DNA from: a virus
Lineage: Duplodnaviria; Caudoviricetes
DNA length: 28,465 nucleotides
Reading direction: 5' to 3' (one strand)
Virus record (IMG/VR): IMGVR_UViG_3300025438_000100
Location: 1-28,465 of that record
Shown here piece by piece: positions 15,177-24,257 of this stretch; within the stretch, counting starts at the first letter, position 1; each line of letters begins with the position of its first letter. Made by a program: the position numbers and the translations under genes. The notes under the pieces were generated by a model. The model was given only the letters and a program-made list of their open reading frames with translations. It ran no database searches and was not told the origin of the DNA.

Positions 15177-16422
15177 TGAACGCGCAACCCTCAGAGAATG
15201 GATGGCAGAAAAGTTAAATCCAGCACAAGGTTCTATAGCAGCAGGTGAATCTGTTGCTAGCCCTGAGAACATTATTGATTATCAATCTGCGTATGCTGAA
15301 ATTGAAATTATTAATCGAGCTGTTGAGATGGTAATTAGTGCTTGTGTAGAAGTTCCTTTTATAGTAGACGGTGGTAGTCCAGGTAAAAAAGTAAATAAAT
15401 TACTAAATATCAGACCTAATCCTTTTGAGGATAGAGCACGCTTATTTAGGCGTGCTTTTTTAGATTTCTATCTAGACGGTAATGTGTTTTTTTACTATGA
15501 TGGGTCTAACCTTTTCTTACTCCCTGCTAACGCCGTTGAAGTAGTACCGGACCCGAGAACATTTGTATCACATTATAACTATGTTATAACTAATACTTCT
15601 GTATCTGATTATATGGGTTTTGGAAAAGCTAAGAAAAATTCTGAAACTATAAGATTTGAATCACATGAGATTATCCACATTATGGCTGAAAACTCAGAAT
15701 CTATATTTAGAGGTACTTCAAAGCTAAAAGCAAGTATTAGACTTATAGAGGTTTACTACTATATGATTAATTTTCAACGTCAATTCTTTAAAAATAATGC
15801 GTTACCTGGTTTTGTACTTACTACAGATTCTGTACTATCTAAACGCGTTAAAGAGCGTTTGTTAGATTCTTGGAGCAGTACTTATACAACAATATTTAAT
15901 GGTGCAAGACGTCCTGCTATTTTAGATGGAGGCTTAAAGATTGATAAGTTTTCTACTGTAAAGTTTAGTGAGTTAGACTTTGAAACCTCTATTGAGCGTA
16001 TTCAACAAGACATGGCTAAGGCTATAGGTGTTCCTTATACTCTATTAAAATCAGGTAACAATGCGAATATTGATGCTAATCAAAAATTGTTTTATCTTCA
16101 TACGGTAATTCCTATTTTAACAACATTTTCAAGTGCCCTTAGTCACCATTTTAACAATGACGTAACCATTAGACCTGATAGATTAAGTGTTCCAGCACTA
16201 CAGCCAGACGCCAAGGTGCAAGCTACCTATCTCAGTACTCTGGTTAATACAGGAATTATGACCCCAACTGAAGCTAGAGAAATATTAAGATTGCCAAAAA
16301 TAGAAGGGCATGATACTATAAGAATACCACAAAATATCACTGGTAGTGCTACAGACGCTAGCCAAGGTGGAAGACCAACGGGAGGTGAATCTCCCGATTC
16401 CGAAGGAACAACTGATGAATAA
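15169..16422 (+). CDS. portal protein
   Basis: LLNIRPNPF, LDGNVF, FFKNNALPG, ILDGGLK, AIGVP, GIMTPTEARE (HK97/T5 portal motifs). Confidence 0.95.
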   Translation: MASERATLREWMAEKLNPAQGSIAAGESVASPENIIDYQSAYAEIEIINRAVEMVISACVEVPFIVDGGSPGKKVNKLLNIRPNPFEDRARLFRRAFLDFYLDGNVFFYYDGSNLFLLPANAVEVVPDPRTFVSHYNYVITNTSVSDYMGFGKAKKNSETIRFESHEIIHIMAENSESIFRGTSKLKASIRLIEVYYYMINFQRQFFKNNALPGFVLTTDSVLSKRVKERLLDSWSSTYTTIFNGARRPAILDGGLKIDKFSTVKFSELDFETSIERIQQDMAKAIGVPYTLLKSGNNANIDANQKLFYLHTVIPILTTFSSALSHHFNNDVTIRPDRLSVPALQPDAKVQATYLSTLVNTGIMTPTEAREILRLPKIEGHDTIRIPQNITGSATDASQGGRPTGGESPDSEGTTDE

Positions 16423-18892
16423 CAAAACTTTTTATATCAATAGTTCTTTAGACACTAAAGCCGTAAGTAAATCTAAAAAAGGTTTAAAAATAGCTGGTTA
16501 TGCAAATACTACATCAAAAGATCGTTCTGGCGATGTAATTACTGCAAAAGCTTGGGCTAAAGGTGTAGAGAACTTTAGAAAAAACCCTATCATGTTGTTT
16601 CAACATAAACATGATGCTCCTATTGGTAAATTTGATAAAATTACCGTAGACAAAAAAGGTATTTATGTTGAAGGAACTGTAAGCGAAGCAGCTGAAAAAA
16701 ATCATGGTGTACAAACTTTAATTAAAGACGGCGCCTTGAAAAGTTTCAGCGTAGGCTTTCAGATTAAAGATGGAATTTACAACCAACATGATAACTCTAC
16801 TACTATTACAGAAGTAGAGTTACTTGAAATTTCTGTAGTTAGTGTTCCTTGCAATCAAGACTCGCTATTTAGTGTTCGTAAAAACTTTGAATCTGATGAA
16901 GATTTTAGCTCTTTTGTTAAAGAACTAAAAACAGATGCTGAAGACGAATTAACTGAGATTGACGATTCTCCTGCTGAACTAGTGATTATAGATACTATGG
17001 AGGAGAAAACCGATATGGCAGAAGTACTACCTATTGAAGTAGAGACTAAAGAAGTCGAAACTGTAGAAGAAAAAGCAGCAATTGAGATTGTAGAAACAGT
17101 TGAAATTAAAACAGAAGAAACCGTAGAAAATGTTAAAGCTACTGATAATATCACTGATAAAGAATTAGTAGCTGTAGCAGATAGTGATCTTGTTAAAGAT
17201 GACGAGGAAGAGCTTGAGCTAAGAGACGCTAATGCTTCTATACCTTTTGTCAATCTTCTAAGTATTAATCTTTCTGACTTATCGGTCGACGACCATGTTA
17301 AGTATTCAGAAAAAATGTATAAAGTAGCTGAGATTCCTACGGACCAAAATCCTAAGTTTAAACTTTTAGAAGTTGACGCAGATGGTGAATATTGCAATAA
17401 TACTATTAATGTGGAGTTACAAAAACTTTCACAAGAAAATAACTCAAACAAAATTAAATGTGAAGACGACAAATCTGATAAAAGTCTGAATGAAGAACTT
17501 CACGAGAATTCAACAAAGGAGAACAACAACATGGTTGATCAAGTTGTAGAAACAGTAGACCTAACTGGTGCAGGAGCAAAAGCTGCTGAAGTTAAGTCAG
17601 TATCCACTGTAGCAGAGCCAAGAGTTGCAGAGCTAGTTGAGAGAACTGGTGAAGCTATTCTAAGAGAAGGCGACGCAAAAGACCTAAAAGGTGAGTATAC
17701 ACCTTCTGAAAGCGCGGACGTAGCAGAGCTGAAAAGCCAAATTTCTAAGTTCAAAGACGAAATTGCTGCTATGTCTCATAGCAAAATGCAATTTGCGGAT
17801 AATAACCGTGCAACTGCACAGTATGGTGAAAAAGAGATGGCTAATGCTTATCTTCTATCTAAAGCCCTTAACCGCCCAGACGTATTTGATACTAAGCTAG
17901 GTTCCCGTATGAAAGCTGTTACTTCGGTTGATGCTTTCCTATCTAACTTCTCGCAGAATATGTATGAAGAAATGCAGCAACAACTAGTTATTGCACCAAT
18001 GTTTACACGTATGCCTGTAGATGCCAAAACCTTCCGAGTTCCTGTAGCTGACGAAGATACTGATGGTGATGTAGCGATGTTCAAGAGTGGAACTTACTCT
18101 ACTGGTGTTGGGGATGCTACTAACGTTCCAACATCTAACCAGAATAGTATTTCTGCTGTAGAGTTCACGCCCCACAAGTTCATGGCAACAACTCACCTAG
18201 CAAAAGACGAAGAGGAAGATACTGTTCTTGCTCTACTTGACTTCCTACGTATGAGCACAACTCGTCGTATGGCCCGTGCCATTGACAAGTCTATCCTACG
18301 TGGTACAGGTGCTCTAACAGGCTTTACAGCTTCGCCAACTAACGCTCTTTCTGTTGGTACAGGCTATGCTTCTGTTATTGAAGGTATTACTAACCTAACT
18401 ACTGATGCTTCCCTTGAAGTAGCAACTGGTTCGGCAAATGACAAAGTTGATCCTTCGGATATTGCTGCTGCTAGAACAATGATGGGTAAATATGGATTGC
18501 AGCTTGGCAACGACCTAGTATTCCTTACCTCCATCGAAGGTTACAATAATCTTGTTACTACTTCTGATTTCAGAACTGTTGACAAGTTTGGCCCTAACGC
18601 AACCTACCTAACAGGTTCTGTTGGTGCTATCTACGGTATCCCAATTGCTATCTCGGAATTCCTTGATGGTGTTGGTAGTACTGGTAACCACCTTGGTACA
18701 CTTGTTTATAAGCCTAACTTCCTAATCGCAGAAAGACGCGGTATGGAGCTAGAAAGCGAATATGAAGCACGTCAACAAGTTACTGCTATGTATCTAAGCA
18801 CTCGCTTCGATTTTAAAGCACTAACGACAAATACTAACGCTGCTCTAGATACTACAAAGTACTCTACTGCTGTTACTATCGCTGCTGGCTAA
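16415..18892 (+). CDS. prohead protease-linker-major capsid protein fusion, 825 aa
   Basis: Start moved to ATG 16415 after AAGGA; IAGYAN, DRSGD, PIMLFQH, SFSVGF, ELLEISVVSVPCN protease motifs; HK97-fold capsid C-terminus (GAIYGIPI, RFDF). Confidence 0.92.
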   Translation: MNNKTFYINSSLDTKAVSKSKKGLKIAGYANTTSKDRSGDVITAKAWAKGVENFRKNPIMLFQHKHDAPIGKFDKITVDKKGIYVEGTVSEAAEKNHGVQTLIKDGALKSFSVGFQIKDGIYNQHDNSTTITEVELLEISVVSVPCNQDSLFSVRKNFESDEDFSSFVKELKTDAEDELTEIDDSPAELVIIDTMEEKTDMAEVLPIEVETKEVETVEEKAAIEIVETVEIKTEETVENVKATDNITDKELVAVADSDLVKDDEEELELRDANASIPFVNLLSINLSDLSVDDHVKYSEKMYKVAEIPTDQNPKFKLLEVDADGEYCNNTINVELQKLSQENNSNKIKCEDDKSDKSLNEELHENSTKENNNMVDQVVETVDLTGAGAKAAEVKSVSTVAEPRVAELVERTGEAILREGDAKDLKGEYTPSESADVAELKSQISKFKDEIAAMSHSKMQFADNNRATAQYGEKEMANAYLLSKALNRPDVFDTKLGSRMKAVTSVDAFLSNFSQNMYEEMQQQLVIAPMFTRMPVDAKTFRVPVADEDTDGDVAMFKSGTYSTGVGDATNVPTSNQNSISAVEFTPHKFMATTHLAKDEEEDTVLALLDFLRMSTTRRMARAIDKSILRGTGALTGFTASPTNALSVGTGYASVIEGITNLTTDASLEVATGSANDKVDPSDIAAARTMMGKYGLQLGNDLVFLTSIEGYNNLVTTSDFRTVDKFGPNATYLTGSVGAIYGIPIAISEFLDGVGSTGNHLGTLVYKPNFLIAERRGMELESEYEARQQVTAMYLSTRFDFKALTTNTNAALDTTKYSTAVTIAAG

Positions 18893-18922
18893 TCTCTAGT
18901 AAGTAAAATTTAAGTAACTTAG

Positions 18923-18946
18923 GGGGAGGCGGTAATTCGCCTCCCC
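18923..18946 (+). terminator. hairpin/terminator after capsid gene
   Basis: GGGGAGGCG-GTAATT-CGCCTCCCC with a short U tail. Confidence 0.75.
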
Positions 18947-18970
18947 TTATGCATAGAAAGGTGCCAGTTT

Positions 18971-20275
18971 ATGTCAGAACGTTTTGAAGAAAACTTAGGA
19001 AAATATACTTATATAACAATACCACAGGTAAAAGATTATCTCAGTATCTCTAGTAATACCGCTGATGCAAGATTAGCTAATATAATCTCATACACTACTG
19101 GTGTGATTGAACATTATATTGGGCAACAAGTGTTAGCTAATGACTACGTTGAAGTTTTTGACGGAGGTTCTTCCTCTGTTTATGTTAATAGGCTACCTTT
19201 AAGCACTGTGTACTCTGTTTCAGAATTTAATGGTGTAGATTATACACTATTAGCTGATCCTACTACCTCTGGATCTCCTGTAGATACAAGTTCTGAAAGC
19301 TCTATTATAGAGTATAATAACAGTGCTCATAATACTACAAGGGTTAAGCGTTTCGGTAAGGCAAGCCTAAAACTCGATATTTCTGACTATATTAGTGTGC
19401 CTAAGGTCATAGAAGAACTACAGCATGAAGAATCTAACTATACCTTAGAAATGTTTATAAGAGTTGATGAAGACACTCTTCAAGCTAATAGCTTAGTTAG
19501 ATTTAATACCGATGCTGATAATTACCTAGATTTTGGACTATCCAATCAACGTGGTCTGTACACTACTGCTGTAATAGATAGCTCTGCTACTACTGTAACA
19601 GGCGCTAATACAGATGTAGAAACACAACAATTTGCAAAAAGACGTTGGGCACATGTTGCTGTAACACGTAATTTAGAAGAAGAAAAAGTATATCTTCACT
19701 ATAATGGTAATGTTATTGCTGACGCCTCTTTTGCCGTATCTAACCTTAGCTTTACTTCTAATATTCATATTGGTAGTACATTTAAAGGTTATATTGATGA
19801 CATTAAATTCTCACAAATAGCAAGATATAGTACTGATTTTACTCCTCCTACTCATAGATCTAGAACAGATAATGATACAACTTTATTAATTCGTTTTGAC
19901 GAGTCTAATAAATCTACTAACGTATCAGACGTTCATGCAGTTCCTGCATCCTATAACTTCTCTAGAGATGTAGGAGAAGTTACTAAAGACTTAGGCGGTG
20001 GTGCTTTATATCCAGCTCTTACACTGCATGGATCGGCAAAATTTAGTACGTACCCTCAAGGAGTTCATGTATCATATAGAGCAGGTTTTGAGCCTGAGGA
20101 CGTGCCACAGGATCTTCAACTAGCTACCTTAGACTATATTAAAACAGTCTATAAGCAGGATCAGAGTTCCCAGCTTCAAGTATTTGAAGGCGAGCGTAAA
20201 GAAGGTTTTGCTCTAAGTGCTAACTTTCCTCCACATATTAAACGAGTACTAGATCTATATAGAATTATATTTTAA
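18971..20275 (+). CDS. head completion/head-tail adaptor (T5 p144-like) with inserted LamG-like domain
   Basis: VKDYL..IEHYIG N-terminus and YRAGF..VPQDLQLA..FPPHIKRVLDLYR C-terminus flank WAHVAVTR/FKGYIDD/RYSTDFTPP. Confidence 0.85.
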   Translation: MSERFEENLGKYTYITIPQVKDYLSISSNTADARLANIISYTTGVIEHYIGQQVLANDYVEVFDGGSSSVYVNRLPLSTVYSVSEFNGVDYTLLADPTTSGSPVDTSSESSIIEYNNSAHNTTRVKRFGKASLKLDISDYISVPKVIEELQHEESNYTLEMFIRVDEDTLQANSLVRFNTDADNYLDFGLSNQRGLYTTAVIDSSATTVTGANTDVETQQFAKRRWAHVAVTRNLEEEKVYLHYNGNVIADASFAVSNLSFTSNIHIGSTFKGYIDDIKFSQIARYSTDFTPPTHRSRTDNDTTLLIRFDESNKSTNVSDVHAVPASYNFSRDVGEVTKDLGGGALYPALTLHGSAKFSTYPQGVHVSYRAGFEPEDVPQDLQLATLDYIKTVYKQDQSSQLQVFEGERKEGFALSANFPPHIKRVLDLYRIIF

Positions 20276-21606
20276 TGCGTGTTAAAAGTAACATTAGTAT
20301 ACAAACGACTTTAGATGGCAAACGATATACTAGTTTAGTCGCTTTATCTAAGGCTAGACGTTTATTAAAAACAGGCTCAGGCTCTCGCTCGGGCAACTTA
20401 CAAAAAGAGCTAAAAGCGTTATATGGTAAAACTGGCGATATATATGAGATAGCTATTGCTCAGTCTATGGGAGCTAAGATAATACCTGGTCGAGGAGGTT
20501 TAGGCGTTATACCTGATAATGTACGTGTTACTGATGATGCTTATGAAATATCAGAAACTAAGTCAGTTACTACACAGTCTGATAGTTCGGGAAACGTATC
20601 TAGAGCAAGACCTATCTCTGTAGCAGGAGGGGATGGTATTACTCTTAGGCCGGGTAAAAAAACGTTTATTACTAGTGTTAATACCCCTAAACCGGGTACT
20701 GGTTTACAAACTATACTAGATGATGATATAAAACTATCTAACTCTATGGATAACTTATCTAATATTTTTGGGATGGAAGATGTTGATATACGTCCTGCCT
20801 TTATACAAGAGTTAGTAAATGCTAAAGGTAATCAAAAAAATCTTAAAAAGATACTAAGCGGCCAGTCTAAAGCAGCTATAGCAATAAGAAAAAACTTTGC
20901 TATTAAGTCTTCGGATATTCGTGTTACTATTAAGTCTGGAGACCAACATATTGTTAAAGCTATTGGATGGTCTTGGTCCTCTATAATGAGAAATCCGAAA
21001 GCTAAAATAGATATTAAGCTACAAGAAGATGGCTCTATTAAGTTTAATATTAAGTTTCCAGAAGCGTTAGTTAGAGCTGCCCTTAATAAAGCTAATAAAC
21101 AGACAGATATTGTTTTACATAGAGCTGTAGATAGAGTTGGTAAAGAGCTTGGGCAAATGTTTGCAGGTCTTAGCCCAGAGGTGGTACGTTACTTAGAGTC
21201 TCAAGACTTTAACTTTACTACTAAATATATAAAAGGATCTGTACTAGTATCTACAGGTTCTATTAAGATAACTGCAACTAGAAAAAAGAATATTAAAAAA
21301 AGCGGTAGAAATCAACGCTTTATCTCAAGCCTTCAATGGACTGCTTTAGTTCAAACTAGGCTAGGACGTACTATGGAAAAAGTAGGACCACCAGAAGCTC
21401 CTAACTTAAAAGAGAGAAGTGGTAGATTTAGAACTTCTATTAGGGTGTTTCCTAATTATAGAGCTAGAACTATAGCTTATTATTATATGCCTATGTATAG
21501 TCATTTGGCTTCTTATGGGTATAACCCTGATCAACAAATAGAAACAGCTATTAGCGAAGTAGCTATGAGACTTTATGCTAAAGCATTTAATATTGTAAAG
21601 GCTTAA
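20275..21606 (+). CDS. tail completion protein (T5 p143-like) with N-terminal extension
   Basis: C-terminal LKERSGRFRTS..IAYYYM..NPDQQI..AI; synteny; very basic. Confidence 0.7.
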   Translation: MRVKSNISIQTTLDGKRYTSLVALSKARRLLKTGSGSRSGNLQKELKALYGKTGDIYEIAIAQSMGAKIIPGRGGLGVIPDNVRVTDDAYEISETKSVTTQSDSSGNVSRARPISVAGGDGITLRPGKKTFITSVNTPKPGTGLQTILDDDIKLSNSMDNLSNIFGMEDVDIRPAFIQELVNAKGNQKNLKKILSGQSKAAIAIRKNFAIKSSDIRVTIKSGDQHIVKAIGWSWSSIMRNPKAKIDIKLQEDGSIKFNIKFPEALVRAALNKANKQTDIVLHRAVDRVGKELGQMFAGLSPEVVRYLESQDFNFTTKYIKGSVLVSTGSIKITATRKKNIKKSGRNQRFISSLQWTALVQTRLGRTMEKVGPPEAPNLKERSGRFRTSIRVFPNYRARTIAYYYMPMYSHLASYGYNPDQQIETAISEVAMRLYAKAFNIVKA

Positions 21607-21609
21607 TTA

Positions 21610-22059
21610 ATGATATTTAATAGAAGAACAGAAATTTGTGATTATCTTGTAACTCAGCTCAAACTTATTAATGGGGCAGACTATATTAATGGAATAGTAT
21701 TTACTACTAACTTATTTAATAATGTATATAGACGGCTAAAGTTTATTGACCAAATTAATGACTTTCCAGCTATATACGTATCTGCTGGTACCGAAATTAG
21801 AAATTTTCACACAGAAAATTTGACGGAAGCAAATTTAAGCGTTACTATAAGAATATATGTATATGGAGAAGATAATTCACAAGATCAGTCAAACGAATTG
21901 ATCGACGATATTGAGAAACTTATATACTCAATTGGAGACAACCCTGACAAAGGTATATTGGATATAACTATAGAAAATATAACTATTGATGATGGGGTTG
22001 GTGCTCCTTACGGTATGGCAGAAGTTGAATTATCTATAACTTATAGATTAGAAAATTAA
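21610..22059 (+). CDS. tail terminator (T5 p142-like)
   Basis: NLFNNVYR, DFPAIYV.AGTE, DDGVGAPYGMAE; just before tail tube gene. Confidence 0.85.
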   Translation: MIFNRRTEICDYLVTQLKLINGADYINGIVFTTNLFNNVYRRLKFIDQINDFPAIYVSAGTEIRNFHTENLTEANLSVTIRIYVYGEDNSQDQSNELIDDIEKLIYSIGDNPDKGILDITIENITIDDGVGAPYGMAEVELSITYRLEN

Positions 22060-22072
22060 GGAGAATTAAATA

Positions 22073-23338
22073 ATGGCATCTCTTAACCTACAAAGAAATT
22101 CCGAGGTATTTTACTCAACTGTTGATCTTATCAACGGAGCAACAGTTGCGTCAATGACCCCCTCTAACACGTGGAAATTAGAAGTTTTAGCAGGTTTTGC
22201 AGCATCTGCTTCTGCTGCTACTCAAGATATTACAAGTATGGAATCAGGATTTAATCCTGATAGATCCCAACAAAGATTTAACACAGCAATAAACCCTGTT
22301 GACTGGAATTTCCAGGTGTACTTACGACCTACAGGCGCTGTCACAGGTTCGGCAGCAGCCTCTACTACTGCTGCTACTAACGCGAGTGGTAATGCTAAGC
22401 CTACAGCTGATTGGTTTATGTGGCAGGCACTAATGTCTAATACTACTCCTTCAGTAGGTGCTACTGGTGAGCAGTCTGTATGGGCAGCTGGTAAGTTAAA
22501 AAGTCTTAATGTTGCAGCAGGGGTAGGAAGTCACTCTACACGTTCTAACTATGCAGAAGCTGTTGAAAACCACTTGTACTTTAAACTAGATAACATGTTT
22601 TATCAAGTTAGCAACGCAGCTGTAAATGAATCTACTGTAGATGCGGGTATAGAAGAAATTGCAACAGTTAGTTGGACAGGTTTTGGGTCTACTATAAAAG
22701 AACTTACTGGCTTACCTCGTAACAACGCGGTATCTGTTTTTGGAGGTCTTCTAAATGATGGTTCTGCTGCGTCGGCTAACGCTAATGCTGCAACCTTATC
22801 TGCCGCATCTAGCTACCACCCATATAACAAAATGAACGTAGCTGGTGCTGTATCTACTAACTCCTTCATTAAGAACCGTTTAAGTTCCATCGAATTTAAA
22901 CACACACCTGCTGGTGCTTCTGTACTTACTTATGTATTTCCTGTTACTGCTCTTAGCTTTAGCTATAACAATAACATTACTTACCTAACTCCAGAAGAAC
23001 TTTCTAGCCTTAATGAGCCTGTAGCTCAGTTCCTTGGAACACGTGCTGTAACAGGTTCCTCAACTATGTATCTTAGAGCTGGTGATACTGAAAGTGCTGC
23101 ATTCCTTCGTCACATTTCCGAAGAAGGAAAAACATCATCTTCTCAAACATCTAAAGCTAACTTAATTATTGGTGGAACTACTGCACCATATGTAGCATTT
23201 CAGATGGATGCAGCACAGTTCGAATTCCCTACAATCGCAATTGAGGATGTTCTATCCCTTAGTGTTAATTTTGTAGGACAAGAGCCTGATGCAACACGCG
23301 GAACCGGCGGCGAAGTTACTATTATAGCCGCTAAATAA
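22073..23338 (+). CDS. major tail tube protein (T5 pb6-like)
   Basis: LQRNSEVFYST, RSQQRFNTAINPVDWNFQVYLRP, NNNITYLTPEEL, GTRAVTGS; SD AAGGAG. Confidence 0.9.
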   Translation: MASLNLQRNSEVFYSTVDLINGATVASMTPSNTWKLEVLAGFAASASAATQDITSMESGFNPDRSQQRFNTAINPVDWNFQVYLRPTGAVTGSAAASTTAATNASGNAKPTADWFMWQALMSNTTPSVGATGEQSVWAAGKLKSLNVAAGVGSHSTRSNYAEAVENHLYFKLDNMFYQVSNAAVNESTVDAGIEEIATVSWTGFGSTIKELTGLPRNNAVSVFGGLLNDGSAASANANAATLSAASSYHPYNKMNVAGAVSTNSFIKNRLSSIEFKHTPAGASVLTYVFPVTALSFSYNNNITYLTPEELSSLNEPVAQFLGTRAVTGSSTMYLRAGDTESAAFLRHISEEGKTSSSQTSKANLIIGGTTAPYVAFQMDAAQFEFPTIAIEDVLSLSVNFVGQEPDATRGTGGEVTIIAAK

Positions 23339-23444
23339 TTTGTTCTTGAGGGAGAACAAAATTAACCAGAGAACGTCCATCAACTTGCGATTCTAGGTAT
23401 CCCTCACCTAAGATAAGCAGATATGTTGATGGGCGTTTATTTTT
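23339..23444 (+). ncRNA. structured intergenic cis-RNA (two hairpins with complementary loops, U tail)
   Basis: Stems 23339-23346/23353-23360 and 23372-23384/23425-23437; loops TGAGGG and ATCCCTC. Confidence 0.6.
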
Positions 23445-23460
23445 ATATAAGGACTAACAA

Positions 23461-23892
23461 ATGAGTATTATTAAAAACGCAATGAGTAAAGAGACTACCA
23501 ACTGGGTTGAATATCCAGAAATTGATGGTTTTGAAGTTCATTTCAAATTTCTATCGAGAGAAGATCTGCTAAAAATCCGTAACAAAAGTACTGTTTTAAA
23601 ACTTAATAAAAAGACACGTGCTAAAGAAGAAGTTGTAGATAATAATAGATTTATTGCTAACTATGCAGAAGCTACTATTCTTGGCTGGCGTGGACTTAAA
23701 ATTAAAAATCTACCAGACTTACTACCTATGGATGTTACAGGGATGAATGGTAACACTGAGGTTGTATATGATAGTGACGAAGCTGTTGAACTACTTAAAA
23801 ACTCTACAGAGTTTGATGAGTTTGTTACTGAGACTCTAAACGACTTTCAACTTTTTACCAACAAAAAAGCTGAGGAAGACGTAAAAAACTAA
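23461..23892 (+). CDS. tail assembly chaperone (gpG-like)
   Basis: ILGWRGL motif; position; ends in a slippery site. Confidence 0.85.
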   Translation: MSIIKNAMSKETTNWVEYPEIDGFEVHFKFLSREDLLKIRNKSTVLKLNKKTRAKEEVVDNNRFIANYAEATILGWRGLKIKNLPDLLPMDVTGMNGNTEVVYDSDEAVELLKNSTEFDEFVTETLNDFQLFTNKKAEEDVKN

Positions 23893-23930
23893 CAGAATAC
23901 CTCCAGCGTTCTCTGCACGGTGGAGGTATT
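23883..23930 (+). other. programmed -1 ribosomal frameshift signal
   Basis: A-AAA-AAC (23883-23889), 6-nt spacer, stem AATACCTCCA/TGGAGGTATT; -1 frame open into the 23952 ORF. Confidence 0.88.
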
Positions 23931-24257
23931 AACTCAGATCAATATCTACAAATGTGTGAACAGATGGGTTGGGAAGTAGACGAAAAAGAAATACCTACAG
24001 ACCCTTCTGAACTCAGTTTAGACATTCAGTACGCACTAATTCTTCTCAACTATCTACCTGATATGTGGGACGGTATGAGTGGTACTTGGTTTGGCAAGGA
24101 TTATAGTGGATTAGCTGCTATAATGGATATTTACGAAATGGATGATAAAAAAGCTGTTTTTGAATTACTAAAAGTAGCTGAAAATGAATTATCTAAGTAT
24201 TACAAGCAGAAATCAAAAGAACAAGAATCTCTTAATAAGAGTAAGAAGGCGAGATAA
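23883..24257 (+). CDS. tail assembly chaperone frameshift extension (gpT-like)
   Basis: -1 frame reads KKLTEYLQRSLHGGGINSDQYLQMCEQMGW...; LPDMWDGMSG.W.GKDY motif. Confidence 0.85.
   Translation, partial: KKLTEYLQRSLHGGGINSDQYLQMCEQMGWEVDEKEIPTDPSELSLDIQYALILLNYLPDMWDGMSGTWFGKDYSGLAAIMDIYEMDDKKAVFELLKVAENELSKYYKQKSKEQESLNKSKKAR

Noticed and set aside
16346-16414. ORF-track start at 16346
   Set aside because: GTG deep inside the portal gene; ATG 16415 has an SD and a typical short overlap
16855-17472. 205-aa Ser-rich antisense ORF, and similar ones at 17539-18196, 25559-25978 and 26348-26599
   Set aside because: Mirror of Glu/Asp- or Ala-rich sense coding; no expression signals
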